Assembly (NCBI GenBank): GCA_950097015.1
Contig: CATNEN010000002.1
Coordinates: 7,316,001-7,380,000, forward strand
Length of the DNA stretch: 64,000 nucleotides
Reading direction: 5' to 3'
DNA from: Macrostomum hystrix
Lineage: Eukaryota > Animalia > Platyhelminthes
In this document: piece by piece, positions 34,739 through 47,800 of the stretch
How the letters are laid out: every line of letters starts with the position of its first letter
Numbering within the stretch: position 1 is the stretch's first letter
Notes under the pieces: model-generated
Told to the model about the DNA's origin: nothing
Seen by the model: the letters and a program-made list of their open reading frames with translations, nothing else
The model's database searches: none
Translations under genes and position numbers: made by a program

Positions 34739-35871
34739 AGGCAATTGCAGGCCTTATATGCTGGCGTATTGGCATTTGCTGCCCAACTACAAAGTCCCGG
34801 TCGAGCTGAGATTAAAAAGAGACCTTTGAACCCGTGGCGGTTGCACCGGGGCTTGACGTCGGCCTCTGCGATAAGGGCGAGAAGAATAGCTTATACTGAC
34901 AACGACGGTACAAATAGGCACGGCGATCTTGAGGCCAAAGTATAACTATTAACTTTCCGTTGCATGGCGCCCTGCTGGACTCGCCTTTATGTGACCATTT
35001 GATAGTTGGAGCATGCTATAGTGTACAATCTATTTTCAAACTCTTATTCGAAAAGTCAACACCAACGCCTCAGCTGTGTTGACCGCCCTTGGCTTGACGC
35101 ACCAACAGGTCAAATTGGAACCGAAATGTTTTCTTATTTACCTGCAATAGACTTCTAACACGCACTGCTTTAATTACTCCTCATAGAAAAAAATCTGTAA
35201 GTCATTAATGGTACAGTACTTATTTCAGCAAGTTTACCAAGTACTTCTTGTGTTTCTAAAACTGCGCGGTTTCCCGCGAAGTTCTCTTCCAGTGCTCTTT
35301 CCAACAAATGTTTTCCAATTATTATTCTAAAATTTTTCTATTTAAAATTCCTGCCGTTGTGAAATAGCGTCCTGAACCTGGTGATGCTAAATTTGTGAGC
35401 ATTACCTTCTAAATGTAACGTTATTTCTCTGCTACTCAACCTACGCTATACCTTTTTTAGCCTTCATTGGAGGCCTCGGTTGCCCTCTCTTGGGCTCTTT
35501 GTCTCCAAGATAAGCATATAAGCACCAAATTACAGTGGACATTCGGAGTGACTATCTTCACAACGGAGGACAAGGATACCGACGATCATCATGGAGACAG
35601 GTGGCCTTCCATTCGTGTGACCTTGTGATGACGCGCAGGAGAGTGGTCGGCACGATGAATGTGACGTCCTGTTGCTGAGTGCAACAGTGACGCGGACAGG
35701 ACCATCGGCTGGATGATGGCTGCCACCAGCGGCGATTGACTTTAATGCCATTGATTCAGTCGAAGTTAACACAATGTTTTAATTTAATTTATATTAAGAT
35801 GTTGAAATTTAAATATATATAGAAGTTTCAAGTCTGCTAGCTGCTCCCAACTTCTCCCAGCTAGTAAAAAC

Positions 35872-36161
35872 TTAGGGAAACTGCATTCAAATTCGGACAA
35901 CCTCTATGGCTTAGGGAAACTGCATTCAAATTCGGACAACCTCTATGGCTTAGGGAAACTGCATTCAAATTCGGACAACCTCTATGGCTTAGGGAAACTG
36001 CATTCAAATTCGGACAACCTCTATGGCTTAGGGAAACTGCATTCAAATTCGGACAACCTCTATGGCTTAGGGAAACTGCATTCAAATTCGGACAACCTCT
36101 ATGGCTTAGGGAAACTGCATTCAAATTCGGACAACCTCTATGGCTTAGGGAAACTGCATTC
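35872..36161. repeat. 39-bp minisatellite, about 7 near-identical copies
   Basis: Unit TTAGGGAAACTGCATTCAAATTCGGACAACCTCTATGGC. Confidence 0.95.
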
Positions 36162-36579
36162 CAACTGCAATTTGGCGAATTTGAATGCAGTTGGATCAAT
36201 ATGATGGGCTTGTGCCATAGATATTTTTGTATCTGGTTGAGCTGGTGCCGAACTTGAATGCAGTTTTATTGAACTTGTTTTAAAAAATGGCGAATTCGAG
36301 TGCAGAAAGGGTGTATTGTTCTTTTGTTATTCTTTACGCAGACGCTGAATACGCGTACATGCATCTATAAATCTTCGATTTGAATTCGAGCTCCTTTGAC
36401 TGCTTTAATCGTTTTTTTGCTACTATTTTTACTGTAAGTAGTGCAGCTAATACACTTTAGTTCTAATCCGAATGAAAATGAGATCGGATGCGGCTGCCGG
36501 CACTCGCAGGTCCCAGGCGTGGCGATGGGCAGCCCGAGTGTCTAGCACCACTGCCAGCGATCTGTTGGCGCAGCAGCTG

Positions 36580-36983
36580 CTTGAGGGCTCGGTGGGTGCC
36601 AAAAGGCGCCGCTTGGCCCAGGTGAGGAGTTGGATCCAGGAGTCGGTGGAGGATGGGTTGTCGCAAACGGCCCGCAGGGCTTGTGCCAGGCTGTCAGCTG
36701 CACAAGGGATGAGGGCCGCTGGGATGCTGTGGACAATGGTACCTGGCCAGAATACATCAGAAGGCTACTGGCTTGGTCTGATTTGGTTGCCAGATGGATC
36801 AGCAGTCTGCGGTTGGGCTGGACTGGCTGGCGCAGCATTTGGGGCCGGCACAACTGGGGCCTGGCTGGAGCCTTGGCATTGAGCATTGTGTGCACTGTGC
36901 CGAGAGATTCGAGCCACTCCTTCGTTGATGCAACTAGCGCAGTTGCGCCGGTAGGCTGGGCAGATTCCACGAGGCCGTCTCAT
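36580..36983 (-). pseudogene. Decayed N-terminal fragment of a CRE-like non-LTR retrotransposon ORF
   Basis: MRRPRGICPAYRRNCASC...RHSAHNAQCQGS (zinc-finger-like), a Pro-rich linker, one in-frame TAG (36767-36765), then TIVHSIPAALIPCAADSLAQALRAVCDNPSSTDSWIQLLTWAKRRLLAP. This last block recalls the 'RIP...A..L......W..LL.F....L..P' block that precedes the RT in CRE-clade elements (from memory). No RT follows. Confidence 0.5.
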
Positions 36984-37114
36984 GCAATGCCATGAAACAA
37001 ATTGAGTCTTCGCAGTAAGAGAGAGGGTTAAAGCACCCTAGAATGTTATTACGCGACTTCGAATCGATTTTCGCTCTTGAATTGCAAGTGTGCATTCTAC
37101 TGGATGCCTTGACG

Positions 37115-37660
37115 TCTCCCTCTCCCTCTCCCTCTCCCTCTCCCTCTCCCTCTCCCACTCCCTCTCCCAATCACTCTCCCTCTCCCTTTCAATTTCCCTC
37201 TCCCTCTCCCTTTACCTCTCCCAATCACTCTCCCTCTCCCTCTCCCTTTCAATTTCCCTCTGGAGAAATCTGGAGCAAGGACCACTAGTAGATGCATTTT
37301 CTACTTGAGTAGTCCGTGATCTGGAGTTGGAGTTGCCTTGGTTCGAATCCTGATTTCAATTTTTTCTATACATATCGGAATCGATTCCAACATTAGATTT
37401 TTGAAATTCAATGGGCAGTGTCCTCTCTCCTCTCTCCCGCTCTCTCTCTCCCTCTCTCCCTCTCTCCCAATCACTCTCCCTCTCCCTCTCCCTTTCAATT
37501 TCCCTCTCCCTCTCCCTTTACCTCTCCCAATCACTCTCCCTCTCCCTCTCGCTCTCCCTCTCCCTTTCAATCTCCCTCTCCCTTTCAATCTCCCTCCCCC
37601 TCTCCCTCTCCCTCGCCCTTTACCTATCCCAATCACTCTCCTTTTCTCCAATCACTCTCT
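37115..37660. repeat. (TCCCTC)n-based simple repeat, two blocks
   Basis: Blocks at 37115-37260 and 37425-37660 share CCCAATCACTCTCCCTC and CCCTTTCAATTTCCCTC landmarks. Confidence 0.9.
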
Positions 37661-38304
37661 CTTCTACCACTCTTTCCTTTTTTGCCAACGTTTCAAAGGC
37701 ATGCAGTCAGTAAAATCCAAATCGATGCGTGAGCTCGCCCAAGGCCTCACTTTAAAGGCACTTTCAAACTGGCAGTGTTTACTAAGCTGCAACAGCGGCC
37801 GCCAGCAATTGCTTTCACAAATCATTGCCATTCGAGTTTTTCTTCCGCCTACTTTGGCGGTTTCTCGGGACGTCCCAATATCCCAGAAGACATTGCATGG
37901 GAATTGCACCCTGCGCAGCCAAGATACGCCTGCTTCGAGCCGAAAGGCAAATTGCTGCTATAGGCAGAAGGACGCTCTGACAAACGACCCACAATGTCCA
38001 TGCAGCCATAGTCTGTCTTCGCTTTCCTCTAGCCCGGATGTTCAGTGGCAGCTCTGCTAGTATTAGTATACAATACTCGTATTAGTAATAGTATTAGCAC
38101 TAGTACTAGTATTGTGCCACTGTTTGTGACGAACAAATTCGAGTGGCTTACTAGTTTGAATTCGCCATATTCTGCAATGAATTGTAATTTATTAGTTTAT
38201 TAAAATCTAACAAAGTTTGGTGGGTTAAAAAGCAGAGTTGTATTCCTGGGGGTAACCATATCCCAGCGAATTACTCACTGCCTTCCCTTAAACACCCACC
38301 ACAC

Positions 38305-38620
38305 GCCCTGCACTGCCCCAGTCCCCCACCTCCCTCTCTGCCCTGCCCCAGTCTCCCACCTCCCTCTCTGCCCTGCCTTAGTACCCCACTTCACTCTCTG
38401 CCCTGCCCCAGTCCCCCACCTCACTCTATGCCCTGCCCCAGTCCCTCACCTCACTCTCTACCCTTGCCCCAGTCCCCCACCTCACTCTCTGCCCTGCGCC
38501 AGTCCCCCACCTCACTCTCTACCCTTGCCCCAGTCCCCCACCTCACTCTATGCCCTGCCCCAGTCCCGCACCTCACTCTCTGCCCTGCGCCAGTCCCCCA
38601 CCTCACTCTATGCCCCCCTG
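38305..38620. repeat. Minisatellite of about 30 bp
   Basis: Unit GCCCTGCCCCAGTCCCCCACCTCACTCTCT. Confidence 0.9.
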
Positions 38621-39611
38621 CCATAGACACACGCCTCACACCATGTCTTATCAACCAACCTCACTATCTGCTCAACCCTAAACACCCACCTCACTCTCTT
38701 ACCTGCCTCAAACATCCACCTTCCACCCTAACTTCCGAAAACACCCACCTCCCTCCCTGCCGTGCTTGCGACACACCCACCTCATCCAATTTCCCTAATC
38801 GTCAATCGCTTTGTCTAGTTTCCTACGCCAGATCTCAGATGTATGCAACGTCGACTATGAGCACTCAATCTAAATGACGATTAGTTTCAGTTTACAGGCA
38901 GCGCATGTACCAATTCCGCTGTGTAATTTCCTGCAGCTTCTCTCAATCGCCCTCTCGGTTAACGTTTGATTTCCGATCCGATCTCAGGCTTCCACTTTTT
39001 TCGCCACCGTCGATCCATCGTTGGTGCCCCCGCCCCGTCTGATCGGATTATTAGCCAACAGAGGCCGGCCGGGCTAAATCCCATCTGCTCGTTGGCAGCT
39101 GGCGAAATGAGAAATGCAAATGCGGCCTCTCCGCCCAAAGCAGTTTTGTTTCAATGCGAAAACACCATTTCGCCATTTTGCTCGTAAAACTGCAGGGAGA
39201 CGCCAGGAGGGCCAGAATCCCAGGACGGGACGCAAAAGGCTGCAGATTATCGCTGCCCCCAACGGTCAGTTGCTGAGCTTAAATCGCTTCGCAAATCTCG
39301 CTTTACCGATTGGTCAACGAGGTTTTGCATTTTCCAATTAAAACGAAACGTTGTCAAAGCTGATTTCAATCATGCAAATGGCTGCAGCCTGATTATCCTG
39401 ATACATCTTGGATTTTTGCGAGAATTTGTTGTTGTGCCCCATTTTGTTAAAATTCTTTGGAGGCTTAACTTTTGATTTCATGAAATATTAAACATTGTCA
39501 AAACTAATTCAGTCTCGATAGAGCTGTTTTAGATAGCAAAAAATGTTTCTATTTGTGAATGAGCTCACCTCCTTCTGGGTTGATCCTTCCCGTTCATGCT
39601 AGAGTGCATAA

Positions 39612-39700
39612 CATTCACCTCACATCCACCTGACATCCACCTGACATCCACCTGACATCTACCTGACATCCACCTGACATCCACCTGACATCCATCCACC
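39612..39700. repeat. (CCACCTGACAT)n
   Basis: 11-bp unit. Confidence 0.9.
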
Positions 39701-39739
39701 TCTATTGCAGGGCACCCGCATAAGCGCATAAGTTTCTTT

Positions 39740-40190
39740 GCCGGCGCACGGCACCCACCTCAAACCGGCCTCTAGTGCAGCGCACCCGCCTAATTTTCCT
39801 TCTCGGCGCACGGCACCCACCTCACGCCCTGCCTCTAGTGCAGCGCACCCGCCTCAGTTTCCTTCTCGGCGCACGGCACCCACCTCACGCCCTGCCTCTA
39901 GTGCAGCGCACCCGCCTCAGTTTCCTTCTCGGCGCACGGCACCCATCTCACGCCGGCCTCGAGTGCAGCGCACCCGCCTCAGTTTCCTTCTCGGCGCACG
40001 GCACCCACCTCACACCGGCATCGAGTGCAGCGCAACCGCCTCAGTTTCCTTCTCGGCGAATGGCACCCATCTCACGCCGGCCTCTAGTGCAGCGCACCCG
40101 CCTCAGTTTCCTTCTCGGCGAATGGCACCCACCTCAAGCTCTGCCTCTAGTGCAGTTTCCTTCTCGGCGCACGGCACCCACCTCACCCCC
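39740..40190. repeat. 63-bp GC-rich minisatellite, about 7 copies
   Basis: Unit CCTCTAGTGCAGCGCACCCGCCTCAGTTTCCTTCTCGGCGCACGGCACCCACCTCACGCCCTG. Confidence 0.9.
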
Positions 40191-40302
40191 TAACTTAAGC
40201 CACGTAAACCTTAAAGATTAAATGACCCAGATTAACAATATTATGCTTTAAGAGGATAATAAATTTTGCACTGGAAGCATTAACCAAACCGGGAGTGATT
40301 AG

Positions 40303-40305
40303 CAT

Positions 40306-40353
<48 letters not shown>
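40303..40353. repeat. (CAG)n microsatellite
   Basis: About 16 uninterrupted CAG units. Confidence 0.95.
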
Positions 40354-40356
<3 letters not shown>

Positions 40357-40434
40357 TTTAGAGGAGACAAGCTGCAAATAGCAGATGTCACAGTTGTTTC
40401 AATGCTTTCTCTTTAACAATTCTCCTGGCCGCAT

Positions 40435-40483
40435 CCAATCTATGGACCAATGAAAGCAGGAGCCAATCAGCTCAGAAGCCAAT
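40435..40483 (+). promoter_or_regulatory. Cluster of four CCAAT boxes (candidate NF-Y promoter)
   Basis: CCAAT at 40435, 40447, 40463 and 40479. Three have RRCCAATSR-like flanks. The cluster lies 85-135 nt upstream of the ATG at 40569. Confidence 0.5.
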
Positions 40484-40568
40484 GGACATTGTGCATTGCA
40501 CATAGCTATTTAGTTGCTTTAAAATTAGCGACAAGAACTCTAGTCCGAGCACCGCAGACCTCGAAGCC

Positions 40569-40647
40569 ATGACCCTGCTGGACTCAGCTCTACTCGAAGC
40601 CTGTCGCGGCAGCCAGTTCTGCTCAGCCACGGCCAGAGAGTTCTCCG
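40569..40647 (+). CDS. Candidate first coding exon, possibly of the downstream GPCR gene
   Basis: gaagccATG ACC CTG CTG GAC ... TTC TCC G|gtgagt reads MTLLDSALLEACRGSQFCSATAREFS with GC3-rich codons and a consensus donor. The phase does not directly match the 50259 acceptor. Confidence 0.4.
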
Positions 40648-41109
40648 GTGAGTTCAGCAGATAATTTACTCACTTCTTTAATTGCAAATCTGCATATTAA
40701 TTGACAGTGTCAGTTGGGCCGGTGGGTCGCCAGACTCGTTTGGCACGCTGAGCTGGGCAAATTGAATCGGCGCGGGAGATGATTCTAGGAAAGCCGCAGT
40801 AAATTCCGAGTGCTTCAGCTGCAGCCGAATTCAGTGATGAGCATGTGCCAGGCCAGGGCTTGGCATGATTGACATGCTTAGAATTGGCACTGCCATTGTG
40901 AGAGACTGGGATTAAACAAGATTGAAGACTCCGATCCAGGGGTTACCAGGTGCAGTTAATTGTAGCAGAAGCATACAATCGATAAAAACTTCTTTAAAAT
41001 GTAAAACTCCTTGACTTTCTTAAATCGTTGATTCAACATGCGAGAGCAGCATTAGATTGAGATTAGTACTGAGATTTGCTGAGGTAAAACTATTTGAGAT
41101 TAATTGAGT

Positions 41110-42880
41110 ATGTGTGAGATTAGATGAGACAGGGAGATTAGATGAGACTATTTGAGATTAGATGAGACTATGTAAGATTAGATGAGACTGTGTGAGATTA
41201 GATGAGACTGTGTGAGATTAGATGAGACTGTGTGAGATTAGATGAGACTATTTGAGATTAGATGAGACTATGTAAGATTAGATGAGACTGTGTGAGATTA
41301 GATGAGACTGTGTGAGATTAGATAAGACTGTGTGAGATTAGATGAGACTGTGTGAGATTAGATGAGACTATCTGAGATTAGATGAGACTATGTGAGATTA
41401 GATGAGACTATGTGAGACTAGATGAGACTGTGTGAGATTAGATGAGACAGTGTGAGATTAGATGAGACAGTGTGAGATTAGATGAGACTCTGTGAGATTA
41501 GTTGAGACTGGGAAATTAGATGAGACTGTGTGAGATTAGATGAGACTGTGTGAGATTAGATGAGACTGTGTGAGATTAGATGAGACTATCTGAGATTAGA
41601 TGAGACTATGTGAGATTAGATGAGACTATGTGAGACTAGATGAGACTGTGGGAGATTAGATGAGACAGTGTGAGATTAGATGAGACAGTGTGAGATTAGA
41701 TGAGACTATGTGAGATTAGATGAGACTGTGTGAGATTAGATGAGACTGTGTGAGATTAGATGAGACTATGTGAGATTAGATGAGACTATGTGAGATTAGA
41801 TGAGACTATCTGAGATTAGATGAGACTTTTGAGATTAGATGAGGCAGTGTGAGATTAGATGAGACTGTGTGAGATTAGATGAGACTATCTGAGATTAGAT
41901 GAGACTATGTGAGATTAGATGAGACCATGTGAGACTAGATGAGACTGTGTGAGATTAGATGAGACAGTGTGAGATTAGATGAGACAGTGTGAGATTAGAT
42001 GAGACTCTGTGAGATTAGTTGAGACTGGGAAATTAGATGAGACTGTGTGAGATTAGATGAGACTGTGTGAGATTAGATGAGACTGTGTGAGATTAGATGA
42101 GACTATCTGAGATTAGATGAGACTATGTGAGATTAGATGAGACTATGTGAGACTAGATGAGACTGTGGGAGATTAGATGAGACAGTGTGAGATTAGATGA
42201 GACAGTGTGAGATTAGATGAGACTATGTGAGATTAGATGAGACTGTGTGAGATTAGATGAGACTGTGTGAGATTAGATGAGACTATGTGAGATTAGATGA
42301 GACTATGTGAGATTAGATGAGACTATCTGAGATTAGATGAGACTTTTGAGATTAGATGAGGCAGTGTGAGATTAGATGAGACTCTGGGAGATTAGATAAG
42401 ACTATCTGAGATTGGATGAGACTATCTGAGATTGGATGATACTATCTGAGATTGGATGATACTATCTGAGATTAGATGAGACTATGTGAGATTAGATGAG
42501 ACTGGGAGAGATTAGATGAGACTTTGTGAGATTAGATGAGACTGTGTGAGATTAGATGAGACTGTGTGAGATTAGATGAGACTATGTGAGATTAGATGAG
42601 ACTATCTGAGATTAGATGACACTATGAGATTAGATGAGACTGTGTGAGATTAGATGAGACTATGTGAGATTAGATGAGACTATCTGAGATTAGATGACAC
42701 TATGAGATTAGATGAAACTGTGTGAGATTAGATGAGACTATGTGAGATTAGATGAGACTGTGTGAGATTAGATGAGACTATGTGAGATTAGATGAGACTG
42801 TGTGAGATTTGATCAGAATTTGTGAGATTAGATCAGGGTTTGTGAGATTAGATGAGACTGTGAGATTAGTTCAGAGATAA
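41110..42880. repeat. 20-bp minisatellite of about 85 copies
   Basis: Unit GAGATTAGATGAGACTGTGT, with recurring variant strings. Confidence 0.95.
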
Positions 42881-43309
42881 GATGAGAATTTCAAGCAAAA
42901 CAATTTGCTATTTTTTAATTCTTCTCTCAATGAAGAATTTATTTTTCTTTCTAATAATCAACTGAGAGCTCAAATTGTCTCGATATCGGTCAGCAGGATG
43001 AATTTTTAGAATTTTCAAACCAGGAAGCCAGAGAGAATTGAGCTGACTCGCTAGCTTCAAAGCTGAAATTTGACCGTGCGCCATCAAACCCCGCCCTGCT
43101 CAAAGGTTAATCAGATCTCATTTGGCTGCTAAGGGAGCCCCCGATATAGCCTTACGAATTGTAGGACGAGATTGCAAATGATTGGCTCTGAATGCGGTCA
43201 GAGGATCCCGAATTAGGGCAGACTCAAAATTCACGAGGGTCTTTGAGTTGGAGAATCAGGTTGTAGGGAGTAGGGGGCAAGATTGAAGAGTGTATTTTAG
43301 GGTCTCTTG

Positions 43310-43640
43310 GAATGGATTGTAGGGTCTATAGGGATGGATTGTAGTGTCTCTGGGAATGGGTTGTAGGGTCTATGGGAATGGGTTGTAGGGTAAATGGGAA
43401 TGGGTTGTAGGGTAAATGGGAATGGGTTGTAGGGTCTATGGGAAAGGGCTTGTAGGGTCTATGGGAATGGGTTGTAGGGTCAATGTGAATGGGTTGTAGG
43501 GTCTATGGGAATGGGTTGTAGGGTCTATGGGAATGGGTTGTAGTGTCTATGGGAATGGGTTGTAGGGTCTATGGGAATGGGTTGTAGTGTCTGTAGGAAT
43601 GGGTTGTAGGGTCTATGGGAATGGGTTGTAGGGTTGTAGG
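43310..43640. repeat. 22-bp minisatellite
   Basis: Unit GGGAATGGGTTGTAGGGTCTAT. Confidence 0.95.
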
Positions 43641-43959
43641 GGAATTTGTCTCTTATCCTATTCCACATAGTAAGGGAAGAGGGATTTAAGATATTGCATA
43701 AGAAGAGTTAAATCCTCTGGGATAGGTATGTTCTCCTTAAATCGAACCTTTTAACCAATGGCCTCCCATCTGTTTTAAAACTTCTAGCGCCCAGCTCTGC
43801 TAGGAATCTGACCGGCAGCCACCTGTACGTGATGATGGCCCACTGCCTCTGGTGCAAGGAGGTGGACCGCAAGTTTCTCATACCGCATCTGTGAGTTCCG
43901 AGGAGGCCAAAAGTGGTGGGAGCCGATTGGGAGATTGGACAGTTGAGAGTCGATTGTTT

Positions 43960-44450
43960 AGAATGGGGATGGGGGAGTGGAGATTGGAGAGAGGAGATGG
44001 GATTTGGGAGATGGGATATGGGAGATGGGATATGGGAGATGGGATATGGGAGATGGGATATGGGAGATGGGATATGGGAGATGGGATATGGGAGATGGGA
44101 TATGGGAGATGGGAGAGAGGAGATGGGAGAAAAGAGATGGGAGAGAGGAGATGGGAGAAAAGAGATGGGAGAGAGGAGATGGGATATGGGAGATGGGATT
44201 TGGGAGATGGGATATGGGAGATGGGAGAAAGGAGATGGGAGAGAGGAGATGGGAGAGAGGAGATGGGAGAAAAGAGATGGGAGAGAGGAGATGGGAGAAA
44301 AGAGATGGGAGAGAGGAGATGGGAGAAAAGAGATGGGAGAGAGGAGATGGGATATGGGAGATGAGATGGGATTTGGGAGATGGGATATGGGAGATGGGAG
44401 AAAGGAGATGGGAGAGAGGAGATGGGAGAGAGGAGACTGGAGAGAGGCGA
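43960..44450. repeat. 14-bp purine-rich minisatellite
   Basis: Units GGGAGATGGGATAT / GGGAGAGAGGAGAT. Confidence 0.95.
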
Positions 44451-44861
44451 GAGGAGAGAATAAAGGATAATGAAATAGGAATTTCTTAGAGTTTGAGTTA
44501 AATGTTTGAGACAGCTAGAGAAAATTAACTGACGGATACTCGTGAGTTGCAAAAGCGCACTCCAGTAGAGTGCGAGTGTGGTAGTGTGATGGAGAATATT
44601 TATTCATAATTACCGCAAGCCTTTGAAAGCAGAATAATCATCGAGCAGAAAATTAGCTCGTAGCTCGCTCAGGTGAATTCAGATTGAGAATTTAGTTTCT
44701 GTGAGAAAGTGAAATTAGCTAGGCGGAAGGAAAATTTAATTCCTATTGGATTAGTTTTAAGCCATGGGTTCAAATGGGGACAACATTTCCTCATCGAGTT
44801 TTTTTTCTCGGTCATAGTTTTGGGAAAAGTTGAGACTACACCTGAACTAGGTTACTGACTA

Positions 44862-47800
44862 CTTACTTACTTACTACTGGCGGGGGGCGAGACGCCGCGA
44901 ATAGGCCGCGAGGCCCCTATCGCAACCCCAAGGTAAAAGGAAGGTGGCCTCAGCCTTGGGGGTGCGCCCACCCCACGCCAGCAGTCGGCAGGTTCGCCGG
45001 GGAGGCGTCGGCGACCTTCATCCGGCCGGTGTCACGGACGAAGGCGCGAAGGTCTCGGATGTTGTCCGGAGTGGTCAGTTCGTCCATCCCTTGCGGGTGG
45101 CCGAGGTGCCAGTTGCGCGCCTTATCGAAGTAGGGGCAGAATGTCACGTGATGCGCAGCGGTTTCTTTACCTATGCCACAGAAGGGACAGGTGGGGGAGC
45201 AGCCAGTTTGTAGCGAAATGTGTCTCTGGAAGAAGCCATGGCCCGTGATGACCATGCACATCTCCCTGAGGTCAGTTCTATTAAGTGAAATCAAAAAGTC
45301 AGAGACTTTTCGGTTAATGATCGGCATGGCCATACGGGTCTGCCTATAGTCGGTGCAGCTACTCCAGTGGAGCTGGTGTTGCTGATTTAGCCACCTGTCA
45401 ACAGTGCGGTTGATGAGGGATTTAGGTACCGGTACCCTGATCGGGCGGTGGTTGTTGTCCGGGTTGCTGCCATCCTTGGCGAGTTTGTCCGCGAGTTCGT
45501 TGCCAAGGATGTTGCTGTGGCCTGGGATCCAGATTAGGCTGATCCTGTTAAGGACCGCGAGTGACTGCAGGTCTCGGTGGCAGTCAGAGACCGTCCGAGT
45601 GGAGAGTTTGACGGCAGACAGAGCCTTGAGGGCGGCTTGACTGTCAGAATAGATGCAGATGTTGAATCTGCTGACGTTGGCATTGAGGAGGTGTTTGGCG
45701 CATTGGTTAATGGCGTAGATTTCGGCTTGGAAGACCGACGTGTTCTCACCAAGGTGAAGGCTCTCCTGAAGGAGCGCCTTACCCTCATGGAAGATGGCAA
45801 TGCCTGCTCCGGCTAGGCCGTTGCTCAGCGAGCCATCGGTAAAGCAGTGGATACCCTGGCTGCGCTGGTTTACGCCGACGTCCAGCTGAGTGCTACCACG
45901 GTCAGGGATGACGGCGCTAAAACCCCTCCTGAGGATGAGGGAGGGAGGCTGGCTATCCACATCGTTGGGGTCGATGTGGATGTGTGCAAGGTCACGGCGG
46001 ACATAGTCCAGATGCGGAATGAGAGATTTGTCAGGAATAAATCCGGTTGGCGTATTCTTAATGGATTTATCGCAGATAAGCCGGTAGGCGCACTTCATAG
46101 CCTCCGCCCTAATAAACAAATAGAGCGGAGGCATGTTTAAGATAGTATTAAGGCCCTCGTATGGGGTGGAGGGGTACGCACCTGCAATGGCACGGCAGAT
46201 GCTGCCCTGCAGCTGGTAGAGTCGGTCGCGGGCGGTTTTCTGTTCCAGTACGCTGGACCAGATGAGGCTCGCATACGTAATACTCGGTCTAATGATACCG
46301 GTGTAGATCCAGCGGACCGTTCTCGGGGTGAGGCCCCAGGTCGGTCCAATGGCCCTACGAACTTGGGCGAAGCAGCGTTTTGCTCGTCCGATGATGTTTC
46401 CAAGGTGTTTTGTCCAGCGCAGATCGTGCGTGAGCGTTACACCTAGGTACTTGGTTTCCTTTTCGAAAGGGATGTTCCTACCATACATGGTGAGGTTTTG
46501 CATGTCCCACTTACGTTTTCGAGTGAAGACAATTGCTACCGTCTTGGTGACGCTGATTTTGAGGCCATGCTGGGTGGCCCAGTTTCCTGCCTTGTTGGCG
46601 AATTGCTGTAGCAGGTTACGCAGGGTGCTGGTGTCTGGCCCGCTGACCACCGCGGCGACGTCATCGGCATAGCCGGCCCTGGTGACACTGCTAGGTACAT
46701 CAGCCGTCAGGAGCTCGTCCATGACGAGGTTCCAGAGCAGCGGGGTAAGCACACCGCCCTGGGCGCCACCTTTCATCACTGCGCGGGTGCAGGTGATGTT
46801 CATGAGCGTGGAGGTAACGGATCTGTTGCGGATCATGAAGTCGATCCAGCGAGTTATGCTGGGTCTGACGCCTCTGTCTGAAAGGGTATCTCTGAAGGAG
46901 CCAAAGTTGACGTTGTCAAAGGCCCCTTCGATATCAACAAACAGCCCGAGAGCGAGTTGCTTGCTAAGGATGGCTTTCTCAATAGCAGAAGTAATAACAT
47001 GGAGCGCGTGCTCGGTAGTTTTACCAGGTTGGAAAGCGAACTGGTACTTACTAATGGGGGCTGACCGCAGGTCGCAGTCTCGGAGCCTCCATAGAATGAG
47101 CCTTTCCATCAGCTTGACGCAGAAGGAGGTGAGGCTAATGGGGCGGAAAGATTTCACGTTGGTATAGTCGCCCTTCGCAGGTTTGGGGATGAAGACAACC
47201 CTGGAGGTTCTCCAGGTGGTAGGTATGTAGCCTGTAACAAAACAGTCAATGATCAAATTTGAGAGAGCTTCAGAGAAACTCTGAAGTTTAAGCGCCTCCT
47301 GTAGGATACAGGGGCTGATCTTGTCCGGGCCTGGGGCCTTAAAAGGCTTGAAGGAGTCAGCCGCTAGCCTCAGCAGGCTCGGCGAGGCGCATTGCTGAAA
47401 GAGGTCGCGATCCTGTGGTCTGTGGTCGTTCACCACATTTTCGGGGTTTTCAACCTGTGGAAAACAGGTAGAGAATAACAGATTTAAGGATTCTTCTGCG
47501 GTGCTGGTGTAGTTACCGTCCAGATGCAGGAGAGAGTTGCACTGAGCGAGGTTGTCGTGCCTGAGTGACCTGATCAGCCGTGCCGTAGGGTGCTGACCCT
47601 CCAGGCTGGCACAGTAGGCCTTCCAGGTGTTCTTCTTCGCCCGTTGGATGCTGCTTTTGTAGATCCTTAGGGCAGAGTGGTAGTTCTCCCAGTCCACCGG
47701 GGTGTTGCTGCTGTGCGCAAGGCGTTGCAGCCGGCGCGAGGTCTTTTTCAAGCGGGTGAGCTCGGGGTTCCACCAGGGCGAATATTTCTTCCTGTGCTTT

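Noticed and set aside
35872-36161. TTAGGG in each 39-bp unit as an interstitial telomere
   Set aside because: There is a single hexamer per unit and no (TTAGGG)n run.
36472-36995. Plus-strand ORFs of 136 and 121 aa
   Set aside because: They show no motifs. The opposite strand gives a more coherent retroelement-like reading.
37664-39400. Moderately GC-rich stretches with short ORFs (37664-38060, 38966-39341)
   Set aside because: I found no consistent frame, splice pair or motif, so they are left unannotated.
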